Under the pieces are notes generated by a model. That model ran no database searches. It had not been told where the DNA came from and saw nothing but the letters and a program-made list of their open reading frames with translations. The translations under genes and the position numbers were made by a program. From a virus (taxonomy: Duplodnaviria; Heunggongvirae; Uroviricota; Caudoviricetes): a DNA stretch of 64,000 bases. Numbering within the stretch: the first letter of the stretch is position 1; every line of letters begins with the position of its first letter. This document shows, piece by piece, positions 46,236-55,949 of this stretch. Location: IMG/VR virus record IMGVR_UViG_3300029288_007068; one strand, given 5' to 3'.

Positions 46236-46673
46236 TCACGGCCTCACCAACTCGGGATGCGTCTTGATGTGACCAACAATTTCACACCTGAAGTAAACGT
46301 CTTCCAATGGGAATTCCTCATATGTTTCTGCAAAGATTTCTTTGCCATCGTTACCAATAGTCCAACACTTGTAATCTAACATATGATGTAAACATATGAA
46401 CTTACTTCCTGTGTTCACCACTTCGAAGAACCATTCCGCTTGGCCGTCAGCCTCTCGCAAGATGTGCCCATCAAATATATCATTGCCTTTGTTGTCTTTG
46501 AGTGTAGAAGAGAGAAATAGGTCGTAGGCGTCTTTGTTCCGGAAATTGGCGAAGGATAAATATTCTCCTTTAATTGAACCAAACATATCTTCTTGACGTA
46601 TATAATCATCGCTACTATCAAGAATGAACTCCTTTCTAATGTTTGACCACATGAGCCATTTGATTTGTTTCAT
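46236..46673 (-). CDS. YopX-family protein (paralogue 1)
   Basis: C-terminal CEIVGHIKTHPELV matches the YopX C-terminal signature (IGNIYENPELL). Confidence 0.45.
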   Translation of the reverse strand: MKQIKWLMWSNIRKEFILDSSDDYIRQEDMFGSIKGEYLSFANFRNKDAYDLFLSSTLKDNKGNDIFDGHILREADGQAEWFFEVVNTGSKFICLHHMLDYKCWTIGNDGKEIFAETYEEFPLEDVYFRCEIVGHIKTHPELVRP

Positions 46674-46852
46674 AACTGTTCCACCAACTCTTTTAACTTA
46701 TTATAATCTTCCCATGATATCTGAACATAGTCACAATGGGGAACACCTTTGTAAGTTTTACCATCAACTTTAATGGTTTGAGGTGAACACATAAAGATTG
46801 GTTTCTTACTCATCATATCAAAGAAGTGTTTCAATCTTTGTCTTTTATCCAT
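46670..46852 (-). CDS. Small hypothetical protein
   Basis: ORF. Confidence 0.3.
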   Translation of the reverse strand: MDKRQRLKHFFDMMSKKPIFMCSPQTIKVDGKTYKGVPHCDYVQISWEDYNKLKELVEQL

Positions 46853-46862
46853 ACTTCCCTCA

Positions 46863-46925
46863 AGCCACCCGCAGGATTTGAACCTGGAGTTTGAAACTCA
46901 CTCGGACTGAACCAAGCTCGGGTAG
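46863..46925 (-). other. tRNA-like element: 7-bp acceptor-stem pairing (GCTACCC / GGGTGGC) plus canonical T-arm (GGTTCAAATCC), but too short (about 64 nt) for a complete cloverleaf; possible tRNA 3'-fragment / attachment-site remnant
   Basis: The plus strand shows GGATTTGAACC, the reverse complement of the T-loop consensus GGTTCRAATCC. The flanking 7-mers pair with one G-U. D and anticodon arms could not be folded by eye. Confidence 0.35.
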
Positions 46926-46927
46926 CG

Positions 46928-47209
46928 TTACTGAATGTAGTTCTCGACTTTAAATTCTCCCTTTATTTTGTTGATGTCTTCAAGCGCTTCCGCGAAGTTG
47001 ATATCGTTATCTACAAGCATCGCTGACAGGTAGAAAGCCACCGATAAGATGCAAACATTTAACTTCTCACCTTTAAGCATAACAGCAAGCTTGTTCACAG
47101 TCTTCAGCATCTTCTTTCTTTCTTTGTTGTTTTTTGGAATTGTCTCCAAAAAGATTAGAAAGTCTTCGGAGAAAATCTTCCCCGAGACTTGCTGATATCT
47201 ATTGGACAA
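46928..47209 (-). CDS. Hypothetical protein
   Basis: ORF. Confidence 0.35.
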   Translation of the reverse strand: MSNRYQQVSGKIFSEDFLIFLETIPKNNKERKKMLKTVNKLAVMLKGEKLNVCILSVAFYLSAMLVDNDINFAEALEDINKIKGEFKVENYIQ

Positions 47210-47975
47210 CTTTCACCAGCTCAAGAATTTTATTTGCTTTCTTCTGAAGTGATATCAATCCCGCTGTTTGGACTTTCGGACCAATTTCGTGGGTGATGAC
47301 TTGTGTGTAAGCATTAAAGATGTTAAAGATTGTGTCCTGTTCTTCCAACTTATCCAAGACAAGCTCCATGTATTTTCTGGGCAAATGTGGAAGGCGCGGT
47401 TCTATATCTTTAATACTGACTTTGAATTCATTCGCCTTTTCGAACTTCTCAAGCAATATCGGGTCTTGCCATGCTTTGAAACTCGCGTTAATTTTTGTTT
47501 CCAACTCTGTATGAAATTCGCTGGTACCATAAGCAAGGACTTCTAATGGTTTCATCTTCTCCGGCGACGTCATCCCATTAGTGCAAACCAATCGGGTGGC
47601 AAACGCTTGGACTGACATACCACGAGACTTCCCATAATCATTATAGACGCGTGCGCCGACTTCTATGAAATCATCTGGGAGTAGAGCAACCTTCTTCGGT
47701 TCTCTTTCCACAAGCTCAATCATAATTTTGCGCCCACTGTTTGAAAGGATTGTCTTTTTGACTAAATAATCGGTGAGCTTATTTACTTCAGCGATGACGT
47801 GGTTGTGCTGAATTAATTGATAATCAATTGGAACAACACAAATAGTCTCCATAGTTGATTTATCTACAACAGCCTTTACTCCGGTCTCTCTGTCATGGGC
47901 TTGAAGGTTTACTTCTTCAACCTCCGGGACGAGGACTTCTGGAGTTACCAAAACTTCTTTTGATTTCATATCCAC
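47199..47975 (-). CDS. Hypothetical protein (true start probably the ATG at 47969, after SD AGGAGTGG)
   Basis: ORF. Promoter motif at 48003..48036. Confidence 0.4.
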   Translation of the reverse strand: MDMKSKEVLVTPEVLVPEVEEVNLQAHDRETGVKAVVDKSTMETICVVPIDYQLIQHNHVIAEVNKLTDYLVKKTILSNSGRKIMIELVEREPKKVALLPDDFIEVGARVYNDYGKSRGMSVQAFATRLVCTNGMTSPEKMKPLEVLAYGTSEFHTELETKINASFKAWQDPILLEKFEKANEFKVSIKDIEPRLPHLPRKYMELVLDKLEEQDTIFNIFNAYTQVITHEIGPKVQTAGLISLQKKANKILELVKVVQ

Positions 47976-48002
47976 TCCTCTTTTGTCCTAAATACATTTA
48001 TC

Positions 48003-48036
48003 TATATATAAAGTTTTTTAAGTTGTTAATAGATAT
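48003..48036 (-). promoter_or_regulatory. Class-1 bipartite promoter motif
   Basis: Minus strand ATCTATTAAC, 14 nt, TTATATATAG. Confidence 0.45.
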
Positions 48037-48184
48037 TCAAAATCGTAATCGTCTATCTCCCAAATTTCACCTTAGTTATTTGAAAATCTTTTTTCTCTGA
48101 AGCATATTCAATACATTGTTTCCCAGTTTTAAACCACCTTTTCTCGTTGTTATCTTCATCCACCATAACTCCAATATATTAGAA

Positions 48185-48217
48185 CTATATAAGGATTGTG
48201 TTCAATTTAATAGTTAC
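48185..48217 (-). promoter_or_regulatory. Class-1 bipartite promoter motif upstream of a 38-aa ORF (about 48041..48157)
   Basis: Minus strand AACTATTAAA, 14 nt, CCTTATATAG. Only 19 nt separate the motif from the ATG, with SD GGAG inside that gap. Confidence 0.45.
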
Positions 48218-49548
48218 TCCCTTAGTAATTCATCTAAATCAATCTTCTCTACAATGGGTTTGTCTATCGGGTTAAGAGTTATGAATCCCGGGTAGACTTG
48301 ATGAATCTTGCCATCTATCTTTGTATACACACCTTTATCGCTCACAGTAAATGAGCCGCCTTGTGGTTTTAACTTTCGCAGTGATTCTAATATCTTATGG
48401 TGCTTTACGTAGATGCGCCCATCCTTCGTTCCTTTCCAAATCTTATCACCACAGAAGCTATACTTGTCGCCGGAGTAATATGCCTCACGCAATTCGGGTG
48501 GGTCAGTGAGTGTAAGATTTCTAACTTCGAAGTCATAGTTGCCAGAGTAATCAAGGACTTTGAGGTCTGTGGTTTCATTGGCAAGCAAAATATAGATTTC
48601 GGCTTCCTTTCCTTCTTTGGCTCTGATTATACGACCTATGGCTTGGACGTTAAAAGACTTGGAGAGAGTTGTTGAAACTATAATGCCAACATCAGTATCC
48701 GGGTCATCGAATCCTTCTTTGAGCATACCGACTGAGATGCAGAGTTTGACTTTATTTTCTTTATATGCTTTGAGATTACCTTTGTGTCCCGAATGGTAAA
48801 CTATGTGAGGGATGCCACAGGACTTATACCAACTTGATATCATATTTGCTTGGTCTATTCGTTGGCATATAACGAGGACTTTATGTCCTTCTCCATGCTT
48901 GGTTGTAATGAGTCGAAGCGCTTGAGGTATCCTATTTTGAGCATTGTAAACTAATCGTCTGCGCTTTAAGATAAGGGCTTCTAATCGATGCTGGTCATCT
49001 GGCGTCTTGTAATCCAATTCAATGAGTTTTCCTATTGAATAACTGAGCGACTTATATTGTTGATATTCAAAGGGTGTAAGGTCAATACCACAGAAGATAA
49101 CTTTAAAATCTGCAACGTTAGCTTCATCGAAGTTGACCTTACAGAAGACCGGACCGCATTTGGCGATGCAAGCGTCGTTGGGAGTTGCGGTGAGCCCGAG
49201 AATGTATTTGTATTTGACGTTATCGTAGAGCTTGATGAACTCGGGACTGACTGAACGATGAGCCTCATCGACGATAAGAAGTTTACAGGTAGCGGGATGC
49301 TTACAAAGAGTTTGGAATGTAAAGTATTGGACGTTTGGGTCGTTGCGAAGGATGACTTTCCACTGTTCGAGAATGGGAAGAGATGGAGCGGCGACTATCT
49401 TTGAGCCACCGAGTTTGTTGGCGATTTCTTTACCAACAAGGGATTTCCCGGAACCGGTGACGGCTTCGATGGTGCCACGACCTTTGTATGTTGCAAGTGC
49501 TTTCTTTTGCCAATCGTAAAGTTCTAAGATATCACATCCTCCAACCAA
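48214..49548 (-). CDS. Superfamily-2 DEAH-box helicase
   Basis: Motif I VTGSGKS, motif II LLIVDEAH, motif III LGLTATP, motif VI QAIGRIIR. Confidence 0.65.
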   Translation of the reverse strand: MVGGCDILELYDWQKKALATYKGRGTIEAVTGSGKSLVGKEIANKLGGSKIVAAPSLPILEQWKVILRNDPNVQYFTFQTLCKHPATCKLLIVDEAHRSVSPEFIKLYDNVKYKYILGLTATPNDACIAKCGPVFCKVNFDEANVADFKVIFCGIDLTPFEYQQYKSLSYSIGKLIELDYKTPDDQHRLEALILKRRRLVYNAQNRIPQALRLITTKHGEGHKVLVICQRIDQANMISSWYKSCGIPHIVYHSGHKGNLKAYKENKVKLCISVGMLKEGFDDPDTDVGIIVSTTLSKSFNVQAIGRIIRAKEGKEAEIYILLANETTDLKVLDYSGNYDFEVRNLTLTDPPELREAYYSGDKYSFCGDKIWKGTKDGRIYVKHHKILESLRKLKPQGGSFTVSDKGVYTKIDGKIHQVYPGFITLNPIDKPIVEKIDLDELLRE

Positions 49549-49790
49549 TGTTCGATTGCCATGATGGATTCGAAATGAAAATTAATTTCCGACCACATTT
49601 CATCTGATTGACCCCAAGTTAATTGATTGTCTTTAATACCAATCTTTATAGTTTCTAATTTGTATATCAACTCTTCAATCCTGTCCTCGTGGAACTTGAT
49701 GAGACCTTCTACTGCGGATTTGATTTGTTCTTTTGTATAAGAGTTTGGTTCAAATCCTGGTAATTTCCCTTTCAATGGTTCTGGAATCAT
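49524..49790 (-). CDS. Small hypothetical protein
   Basis: ORF. Confidence 0.3.
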   Translation of the reverse strand: MIPEPLKGKLPGFEPNSYTKEQIKSAVEGLIKFHEDRIEELIYKLETIKIGIKDNQLTWGQSDEMWSEINFHFESIMAIEHWLEDVIS

Positions 49791-50410
49791 TCCTTTTCAC
49801 CTTCTAATCCAGTTTCTTTTCTGAATCTTTCTATTTTCTTTCTACCAGAAATAACATGAAGTTTATGTTGGGTTTCCCAGATACCAAATATTCTACCAAG
49901 ATATAATCCAATGACTATTCCTACACCAAATCCTGCAATTACAAACCACATTTACTTCACCTGTTCTTGCAAAACATCACCCAATGTTTTATCATATCCG
50001 CATTTTCCACAAATAAAGTGTGCCCTTCCCTTCCTGATACTGTAAGTCATACAATGACAACCATTACAGTAAGAGATTTCTTGTTTCATTTACTCCATCC
50101 CATCAAAACAGAAGTTCTGTATTATATCTACCAATTCTCATTTTGAATCACCTAACTTTCAGAACCATAATTAAGACTGTCAAGCATCCTATCCAATTCT
50201 TCGAGACAATCATAGCAAATCTCCTTTTTTCCAAGTTTGTGTGGATAACCATCGACAAATTTGTTTTTGCCACAAAACATACATTCTTTCGTTTTAATCG
50301 ATTTTTCTGCTTTTAACATTTTAAATCACCATTACCTTATGATGAGACATATGAGTTTGATATTCAGAAATGCTTACAGTTTTAAATCCACAATATTTAC
50401 ATTCTAACAT

Positions 50411-50809
50411 TCACTTCTCACCTTCCAATAACTCTGGGTTCTCATAGATGTTGCCGATTACTTCACATTGAAACACTAATAAGTTTGTCCATCCTATCTT
50501 ATCCCATTTAACTTCAAATACATGATATTTTTGATTTGGTCTAAATCTTGTTTCTTGTGGATATTCAATTCTACATATATCTCCCTCGTAAATCTCCTTG
50601 CCGTTCTTGTCGTGAAGACCTGTGAATTGCATAAGTTCTACACGTTCTGGTATGTCTCTAAATATTGGGTAAGGCGGATATTCTTCAAGTTCTTTGAAAT
50701 CGAATTCAATGAACACTAATTCCCAAGTATCATTTCTCCATATTAATCTATGTGGTCTTAACATCTTCTTATAATGCTTTTCCCATGCTCTGAATTTGAT
50801 TTCTCTCAT
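50411..50809 (-). CDS. YopX-family protein (paralogue 2)
   Basis: C-terminal CEVIGNIYENPELLE is an exact YopX signature. Confidence 0.5.
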   Translation of the reverse strand: MREIKFRAWEKHYKKMLRPHRLIWRNDTWELVFIEFDFKELEEYPPYPIFRDIPERVELMQFTGLHDKNGKEIYEGDICRIEYPQETRFRPNQKYHVFEVKWDKIGWTNLLVFQCEVIGNIYENPELLEGEK

Positions 50810-51353
50810 AGAATCACCATTAAGAATATTAATAACAACACTACAATATCTAAGATTATTACTTGATATACCATTATTGGAGAATTCACATTATATAAAT
50901 CTACACTCTTCATTTACTTCACCTATGTCTCTGGGTCGTATTGCCCTGGTTCTTTAATCTTACCCGATTTCACAAACCTATCATAGTGATAGGAACAATA
51001 TAACTTATAATCGTATTCCATAAGCGTTGGTCATTTACATCCCTTTACACAGCATCTACCAGGAGTATGTTCTCTTCTATACTCATCTCTACCTATTAAT
51101 GAATCAAACATTCCATCTGTCATAAAATCACTCTTCTAAATTCATTTCATAACAAGAATATCCTTTAGTCCATCTCCACCAACAAATTACTTTATCCAAC
51201 TTAATCTTGGAAAAGAACCACCAAATTGAAATTTTAATCCATAGTTGATGTATCTTCACACAATCACCTCTTGGATGTTAAAGAAGTGAAAGAACGCAAT
51301 CCAAGAGTGGGTTTCGGTGTTTCCATAGCCATCTCTCACTTCTGTAACTCGAA

Positions 51354-51632
51354 TCATATGATAACTTCCTGTATATGTTTCCAACCTTCTTGGAGTGGAG
51401 ATTCATCAAGCCAACCAAATTGAGTATGACTACATCCATCATCTGTTCTAAACCATATCTTACCTTCATTATCTTTTGATTTATAAAAATATCCAAGATT
51501 AATAGTATCGTTGTATACAATAACGTAATAATGTGTCTTCCCCCGTTTCAAATCAGGATGTGTCCAGTGGTCTTTGTCGTAGAAGCATTTGGAGAGGTCT
51601 AAGGTCTTGCCGAGTTTCATTAAAACCACCAT
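51354..51632 (-). CDS. Small hypothetical protein
   Basis: ORF. Preferred over the overlapping 51278..51520 ORF. Confidence 0.3.
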   Translation of the reverse strand: MVVLMKLGKTLDLSKCFYDKDHWTHPDLKRGKTHYYVIVYNDTINLGYFYKSKDNEGKIWFRTDDGCSHTQFGWLDESPLQEGWKHIQEVII

Positions 51633-51934
51633 TCTGGGATATTGGATTTTGTCGGAGGATGTGATTTCTTTTTATATTCTTTAGCAACCAAAAGCATGTC
51701 TTTCTTCGCTTGTTCTAAACCAGATTTATTAGTCTCTTTGGTAAATAAATAAGATTTTCGTGTATACGGGACTTCACCGTTCCTGCTAATGTCCCAACAT
51801 TGACATACAATTTTCTTTTTCTTTGCAATATAGTATGCAAGTTTTTTATTGTTTACATCATCTGGCTCTGGAATTATTGATATGCAAAGAAAATATCTAT
51901 CTTTGTCTATTTTGCTAACTGCTAAATCTTCCAC
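51620..51934 (-). CDS. Small hypothetical protein
   Basis: ORF. Confidence 0.3.
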   Translation of the reverse strand: MEDLAVSKIDKDRYFLCISIIPEPDDVNNKKLAYYIAKKKKIVCQCWDISRNGEVPYTRKSYLFTKETNKSGLEQAKKDMLLVAKEYKKKSHPPTKSNIPEWWF

Positions 51935-52031
51935 TTACTTCACCCTTTCCATTTAAAAATTTTGGTACCACCCCAACTCAATATTTCCATGTGTTTTATC
52001 AATTTTATTAACTTCTTCTTCTCTTTTCGAT

Positions 52032-52340
52032 TCATTTCAATCCATCCTTGAAGCAGTAGTTGAAGAGCCAATAGTGCCAATCATTTACTAAACTTGTTTC
52101 TCCTCTTTCGAATAATGATTGACTTTTTCTATATTTAAGAAATTTCTTCCAAACCTCATGATTAGTCTTTTTTAATTCCCAATGATTATCACAATAGATA
52201 TCATAGAACTCCATGACTTGCTGGAATTTGGAGTAATCAAGTTTCTTAATATCTTTCGGTCTTGTCTTATCTTGTGCTTGTAACTTAAATATTTCATATT
52301 CAGTTATCACATCATCTTTTGTGAGTTGCATTTTAATCAA
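52032..52340 (-). CDS. Small hypothetical protein
   Basis: ORF with promoter motif at 52368..52399. Confidence 0.35.
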   Translation of the reverse strand: MIKMQLTKDDVITEYEIFKLQAQDKTRPKDIKKLDYSKFQQVMEFYDIYCDNHWELKKTNHEVWKKFLKYRKSQSLFERGETSLVNDWHYWLFNYCFKDGLK

Positions 52341-52367
52341 CCTCTACAAACTCCTATTTATTACGAA

Positions 52368-52399
52368 CTATATAAGGGTTGTTAAGACTTTAATAGTTT
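52368..52399 (-). promoter_or_regulatory. Class-1 bipartite promoter motif
   Basis: Minus strand AACTATTAAA, 14 nt, CCTTATATAG. Confidence 0.5.
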
Positions 52400-52906
52400 C
52401 TACCTTTTCCCATGTAGAATGTTATTTGCCCTTTTTCTCACTTCTTCAAATGTTAGCGGTGTATAGTTAGTAACATCCACACAGACGTTTAAGTATTTGC
52501 CATACGATGGTTTATCATGGATGTGCCCATGAACGTTAACCATCGAACCGGGAACATTAAGAAGCGGGCGATGGGAGAATATCATATTCTCTTTAATGAT
52601 GTTTACGCCTTCGGAGTAAAGTGAATCCAAGACGAAGATATTAAAGTTTTGTAAGCGACTCGGGTGGTCGTGGTTGCCGGGAATGAGAATAATATCGCCT
52701 TTGAGTTGGTCTCGAATACTTCGTAGATGCTGGCGACTGGTAAGCGCAAAGTCACCCAAATGAAGAACAACATCGTTTTCAGAAACAACGGAATTCCACA
52801 TTGATATCATGTGCTCATTCATTTCGTTTACAGTCTTGAACGGGCGGTGGCAGTATTGAATAATGTTTTTGTGACCGAAATGGGAATCTGAAGTTACATA
52901 TAACAT
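52400..52906 (-). CDS. Calcineurin-like metallophosphoesterase (Ser/Thr phosphatase type)
   Basis: DSHFGH, HLGDFA, IPGNHDH, HGHIH motif set. Confidence 0.6.
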   Translation of the reverse strand: MLYVTSDSHFGHKNIIQYCHRPFKTVNEMNEHMISMWNSVVSENDVVLHLGDFALTSRQHLRSIRDQLKGDIILIPGNHDHPSRLQNFNIFVLDSLYSEGVNIIKENMIFSHRPLLNVPGSMVNVHGHIHDKPSYGKYLNVCVDVTNYTPLTFEEVRKRANNILHGKR

Positions 52907-53355
52907 TAAGGATTCTCCTGCATGAAGCGGTCTACTACGGATTTCGCTTCTTCGAAGGTAGCGCGGGAAGTCTTTGTATTATTATTCAAATCTATATCCC
53001 ATTGGTTGCGACGAAAGATAGTTAGTTGTTGTCCTTTGTCGTTAGCCCAACACCAGCCACCCATGATGAAGTATTCTTGCCACATTCTAATACCAATTCT
53101 GACTGAGTTGTGTAATTTCTTCACTCAGTGGTATGTAAACGTAGTAACCACCACACTCATCGAAACACTCACATTCAGATTGGATTCGTCTGATGTCTTC
53201 ATTTGCTTTGGTTGTGTGAGTGAACTTTATAGCGAGTTGCCACTTCTTCTCACCATCTATGAGTTGATATTGTTTTTGGATGTCTTCGATGGTTGTTGGG
53301 TTTTTACAACAAGGACAGATGTGTATGTTTTCAATTTCTTGTATCCAATTTCCGC

Positions 53356-53730
53356 TCATTTCTTTTTTACCTCTTCATCTTTACTTTCTCTATTCCAAAG
53401 CCAATGGTATTTTGTAAATATTTCTTTTTGTTTATCTATTCTTGCACACTCTCTTTCCTGGTCATCTGGATTATAAAATATCTTACATAATCCTTCCGGT
53501 TTCGTAACAATAATTACATCATGGGGTGTAACGTCTTCTGGATTCTCCAACTCTGGATTAGCTGTATATATTACCCAATAATCTACGTCTGGTAGTTTGC
53601 GTTCATATAGAGCCCAATCTGTAGCAGGCTCATTTGACACAAGGACTATTGCTCCTTCTTTCAGATAGAGCTCTGTCAGGTCGATTGTATGGGCTTTGAC
53701 TTGGAAAATATGGCTAATGTATGTGGTCAT
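53356..53730 (-). CDS. Hypothetical protein
   Basis: ORF. Confidence 0.3.
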   Translation of the reverse strand: MTTYISHIFQVKAHTIDLTELYLKEGAIVLVSNEPATDWALYERKLPDVDYWVIYTANPELENPEDVTPHDVIIVTKPEGLCKIFYNPDDQERECARIDKQKEIFTKYHWLWNRESKDEEVKKK

Positions 53731-54005
53731 GGTTCAACCTTTACTAAATCCCTATAAAACTCCTGTGCTCTTTCCCATAACTCTGCTAAACCAAAAATGA
53801 ATATTGATTTACATTTAGGACATTGCCATATGTCACAATCTAAACTTTTAAAAGCCGCTTTAACAAAACCCTTGTTATCCATCTTGTTAAGTGTTATACA
53901 TTGTCTACATTCCGGACAGTATTGGTTGGGTAAAGCATACTGAGAGTACGAACTTGGTAATTTTATCCCATATTGCGTAATTAAAATTTTATTTTTCTTT
54001 TGCAT
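53727..54005 (-). CDS. Small zinc-ribbon protein
   Basis: CPECRQC ... CPKCKS motif pairs. Confidence 0.35.
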   Translation of the reverse strand: MQKKNKILITQYGIKLPSSYSQYALPNQYCPECRQCITLNKMDNKGFVKAAFKSLDCDIWQCPKCKSIFIFGLAELWERAQEFYRDLVKVEP

Positions 54006-54243
54006 CTTGTTCAGCCCTCCTAACTAATCGTATTTCTTTTTGACCGATGCCCCAGAGATGATGACAGTTGACTTCATATTCAGTTTCAGATATCTTCTTG
54101 AAAGGTACTCCACATTCTGGACATTTTAAGATGGGATATTCATTTGACTTTCGTGCACAATCTTTACAAACATATCCACTGAGATAGACGAAATCGGATT
54201 CTTCATCCGACTCGTAATCACATCGGTCGCAACTATAACTCAT
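53989..54243 (-). CDS. Small zinc-ribbon protein
   Basis: CDRCDY...CKDC...CPECG motifs. Confidence 0.35.
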   Translation of the reverse strand: MSYSCDRCDYESDEESDFVYLSGYVCKDCARKSNEYPILKCPECGVPFKKISETEYEVNCHHLWGIGQKEIRLVRRAEQDAKEK

Positions 54244-54393
54244 TTGTTCACCTCACAACATAAACCGCGTGTGGTCTTTCGCAATCGGGGTTCTTACAAC
54301 GAACTCTGATAACTTTGTCCATATCCTGTTTTATGTCTTCTTCCATTTCTTGCTTACAATTGGCGCAAAGGAGTTTGATTCTGAATTCAAATT

Positions 54394-54831
54394 TCATTTT
54401 TTTATCTCCGGTAATATTTTTATTGAAGCCAAATCAGGTACAAAGGTATGAAACACCTTACCCTCCGCTTTATGATGTCGTAATTGTACAGATACAGCCC
54501 ATCCAAACTCTGTCAACTTAAATGCACGATTCAATCCCGTTCCTACATCGAAAAGCAATCCTTCTCTAACTGCATCATCAAGACAATCCCAATCATCGTG
54601 TCCTTCAACCTGTCCTTCTTTTAATCTTGTTGGGTATCCACTTCCATTAAATGCATCTGTCGTATAACCGATACTACCGATTAAATGGGGATGCGTCTTT
54701 TCGTTCGTTCGCATTTTACATTTATTTGGAATTGCAATACCTTCTTTCCCATCATCTACGGCTAATGTTTCTATATAGGCAAACGTAGACCAGTGGTCTT
54801 TGCCCCACTTATCCATAGGTATATGTTTCAT
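54394..54831 (-). CDS. Hypothetical protein
   Basis: ORF preceded by a class-2 leader (54835..54865). Confidence 0.35.
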   Translation of the reverse strand: MKHIPMDKWGKDHWSTFAYIETLAVDDGKEGIAIPNKCKMRTNEKTHPHLIGSIGYTTDAFNGSGYPTRLKEGQVEGHDDWDCLDDAVREGLLFDVGTGLNRAFKLTEFGWAVSVQLRHHKAEGKVFHTFVPDLASIKILPEIKK

Positions 54832-54985
54832 TTTTCCTCTCCTTGTAATTTATGGTATAAAGGACATTTATCTTTTCCAATACACAAACGATACCCAACA
54901 ACATCCCATCTATTGGTTTGATATTCAATTAAATTTACTTGAAGATGACAATACTGGATTCCTTCATCTGGACAGAACGGACAAG

Positions 54986-55240
54986 TCATTTTTTCTTCTC
55001 CTGAGATAATAACTCTAAAACGTCATCTATAACTCCAATCCTGTGGCTCATGATTTCGTAATCTCTTGGACTACCGAATTGTTGATTTCTTATTCTAACA
55101 AAAGAATCGTGCATCTTAGTGATTTCTTTGTGCAATTGCTTCTTGTAATCCTTAACAGCTTTCTTCTTTGAAAATGAACAAGCCCATTTTACATCTTCAA
55201 ATGTATATGATTTCTTTTTAGTCATGGTCTTTCCCTCCAT
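54986..55240 (-). CDS. Small basic hypothetical protein
   Basis: ORF. A 34-aa coiled-coil ORF lies just upstream (about 55245..55349). Confidence 0.3.
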   Translation of the reverse strand: MEGKTMTKKKSYTFEDVKWACSFSKKKAVKDYKKQLHKEITKMHDSFVRIRNQQFGSPRDYEIMSHRIGVIDDVLELLSQEKKK

Positions 55241-55366
55241 TCCAATCCTCGTATTCTTTTCTCGTGTTCCAGAATTATTTGCTTTAATCCATCTAATTCT
55301 ATTTTGAGTTCGCTTATCTTATCCATTCATTTCACCTCTTACGCCATACTATCTATGGTCTTCGTA

Positions 55367-55399
55367 GTATATAAGGTTTTTTATAACTTTAATAGTTTT
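55367..55399 (-). promoter_or_regulatory. Class-1 bipartite promoter motif
   Basis: Minus strand AACTATTAAA, 14 nt, CCTTATATAC. Confidence 0.5.
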
Positions 55400-55401
55400 A
55401 C

Positions 55402-55431
55402 TAAAAAATAAGAAGAGGTTTATGCCTCTTC
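55402..55431 (-). terminator. Rho-independent-type terminator (7-bp stem GAAGAGG / CCTCTTC, 6-nt loop, then UUAUUUUUU) overlapping the stop codon of 55420..55878
   Basis: Inverted repeat 55412..55418 and 55425..55431. The A-run 55403..55411 on the plus strand gives a U-run on the transcript. Confidence 0.5.
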
Positions 55432-55878
55432 CGTGGAGTTGCTTTTAACAAACTCTTGGACAAACGCGTAATGGGAGTCCTCGTCTTCTTGACTGGCTAC
55501 TCGGAATGCCTTTGCTTTATCTCCATCGGCACGCCATACTCCATACCAGCCTTTTCGGGGAAGCAACTTAATGACGTTTTTGTTTTTCAGTTTCAACTGA
55601 ACGCATCCATGACTATCAGTCTTTTCTACAAGACCAAAATCATTAGTGAGCTTTGTCTTAAAAGCGTCCAGATGCGCAGTATCGCGAATGGGGGCGTCTT
55701 TTTGTGGTTTCCCTTCTGGGACTGACTTATCTGCCTTAAAAGCCTTTACGGTTTCCTTTGCGGCTTCTTTTCTTTCTTGGAATTCTGCCATTTCTTCTAC
55801 CACCGATTTATTTGCTTCTTTAGCCATTTCGGCTTCACCTTCAACAATCTCCTCTTCTGTTTCTTCATGTCTTGACAT
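55420..55878 (-). CDS. Hypothetical protein with acidic N-terminus
   Basis: ORF with SD TTGGAGGA. Promoter variant at 55921..55950. Confidence 0.4.
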   Translation of the reverse strand: MSRHEETEEEIVEGEAEMAKEANKSVVEEMAEFQERKEAAKETVKAFKADKSVPEGKPQKDAPIRDTAHLDAFKTKLTNDFGLVEKTDSHGCVQLKLKNKNVIKLLPRKGWYGVWRADGDKAKAFRVASQEDEDSHYAFVQEFVKSNSTEEA

Positions 55879-55949
55879 ATTCTGTCCTCCAATTATCTTA
55901 ACTCAAAATTACTTTGGTCATTTATATAAGTTATGGTTGCTTTAATAGT

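Noticed and set aside
46863-46925. Calling the tRNA-like element a complete tRNA gene
   Set aside because: Only the acceptor stem and T-arm can be paired. The span between them is about 10 nt too short for D and anticodon arms, and no anticodon loop could be placed. It is reported as a tRNA-like fragment instead.
51278-51520. 80-aa ORF overlapping 51354..51632
   Set aside because: Low-complexity hydrophobic translation. The overlapping 92-aa ORF has the more protein-like sequence and a plausible start context.
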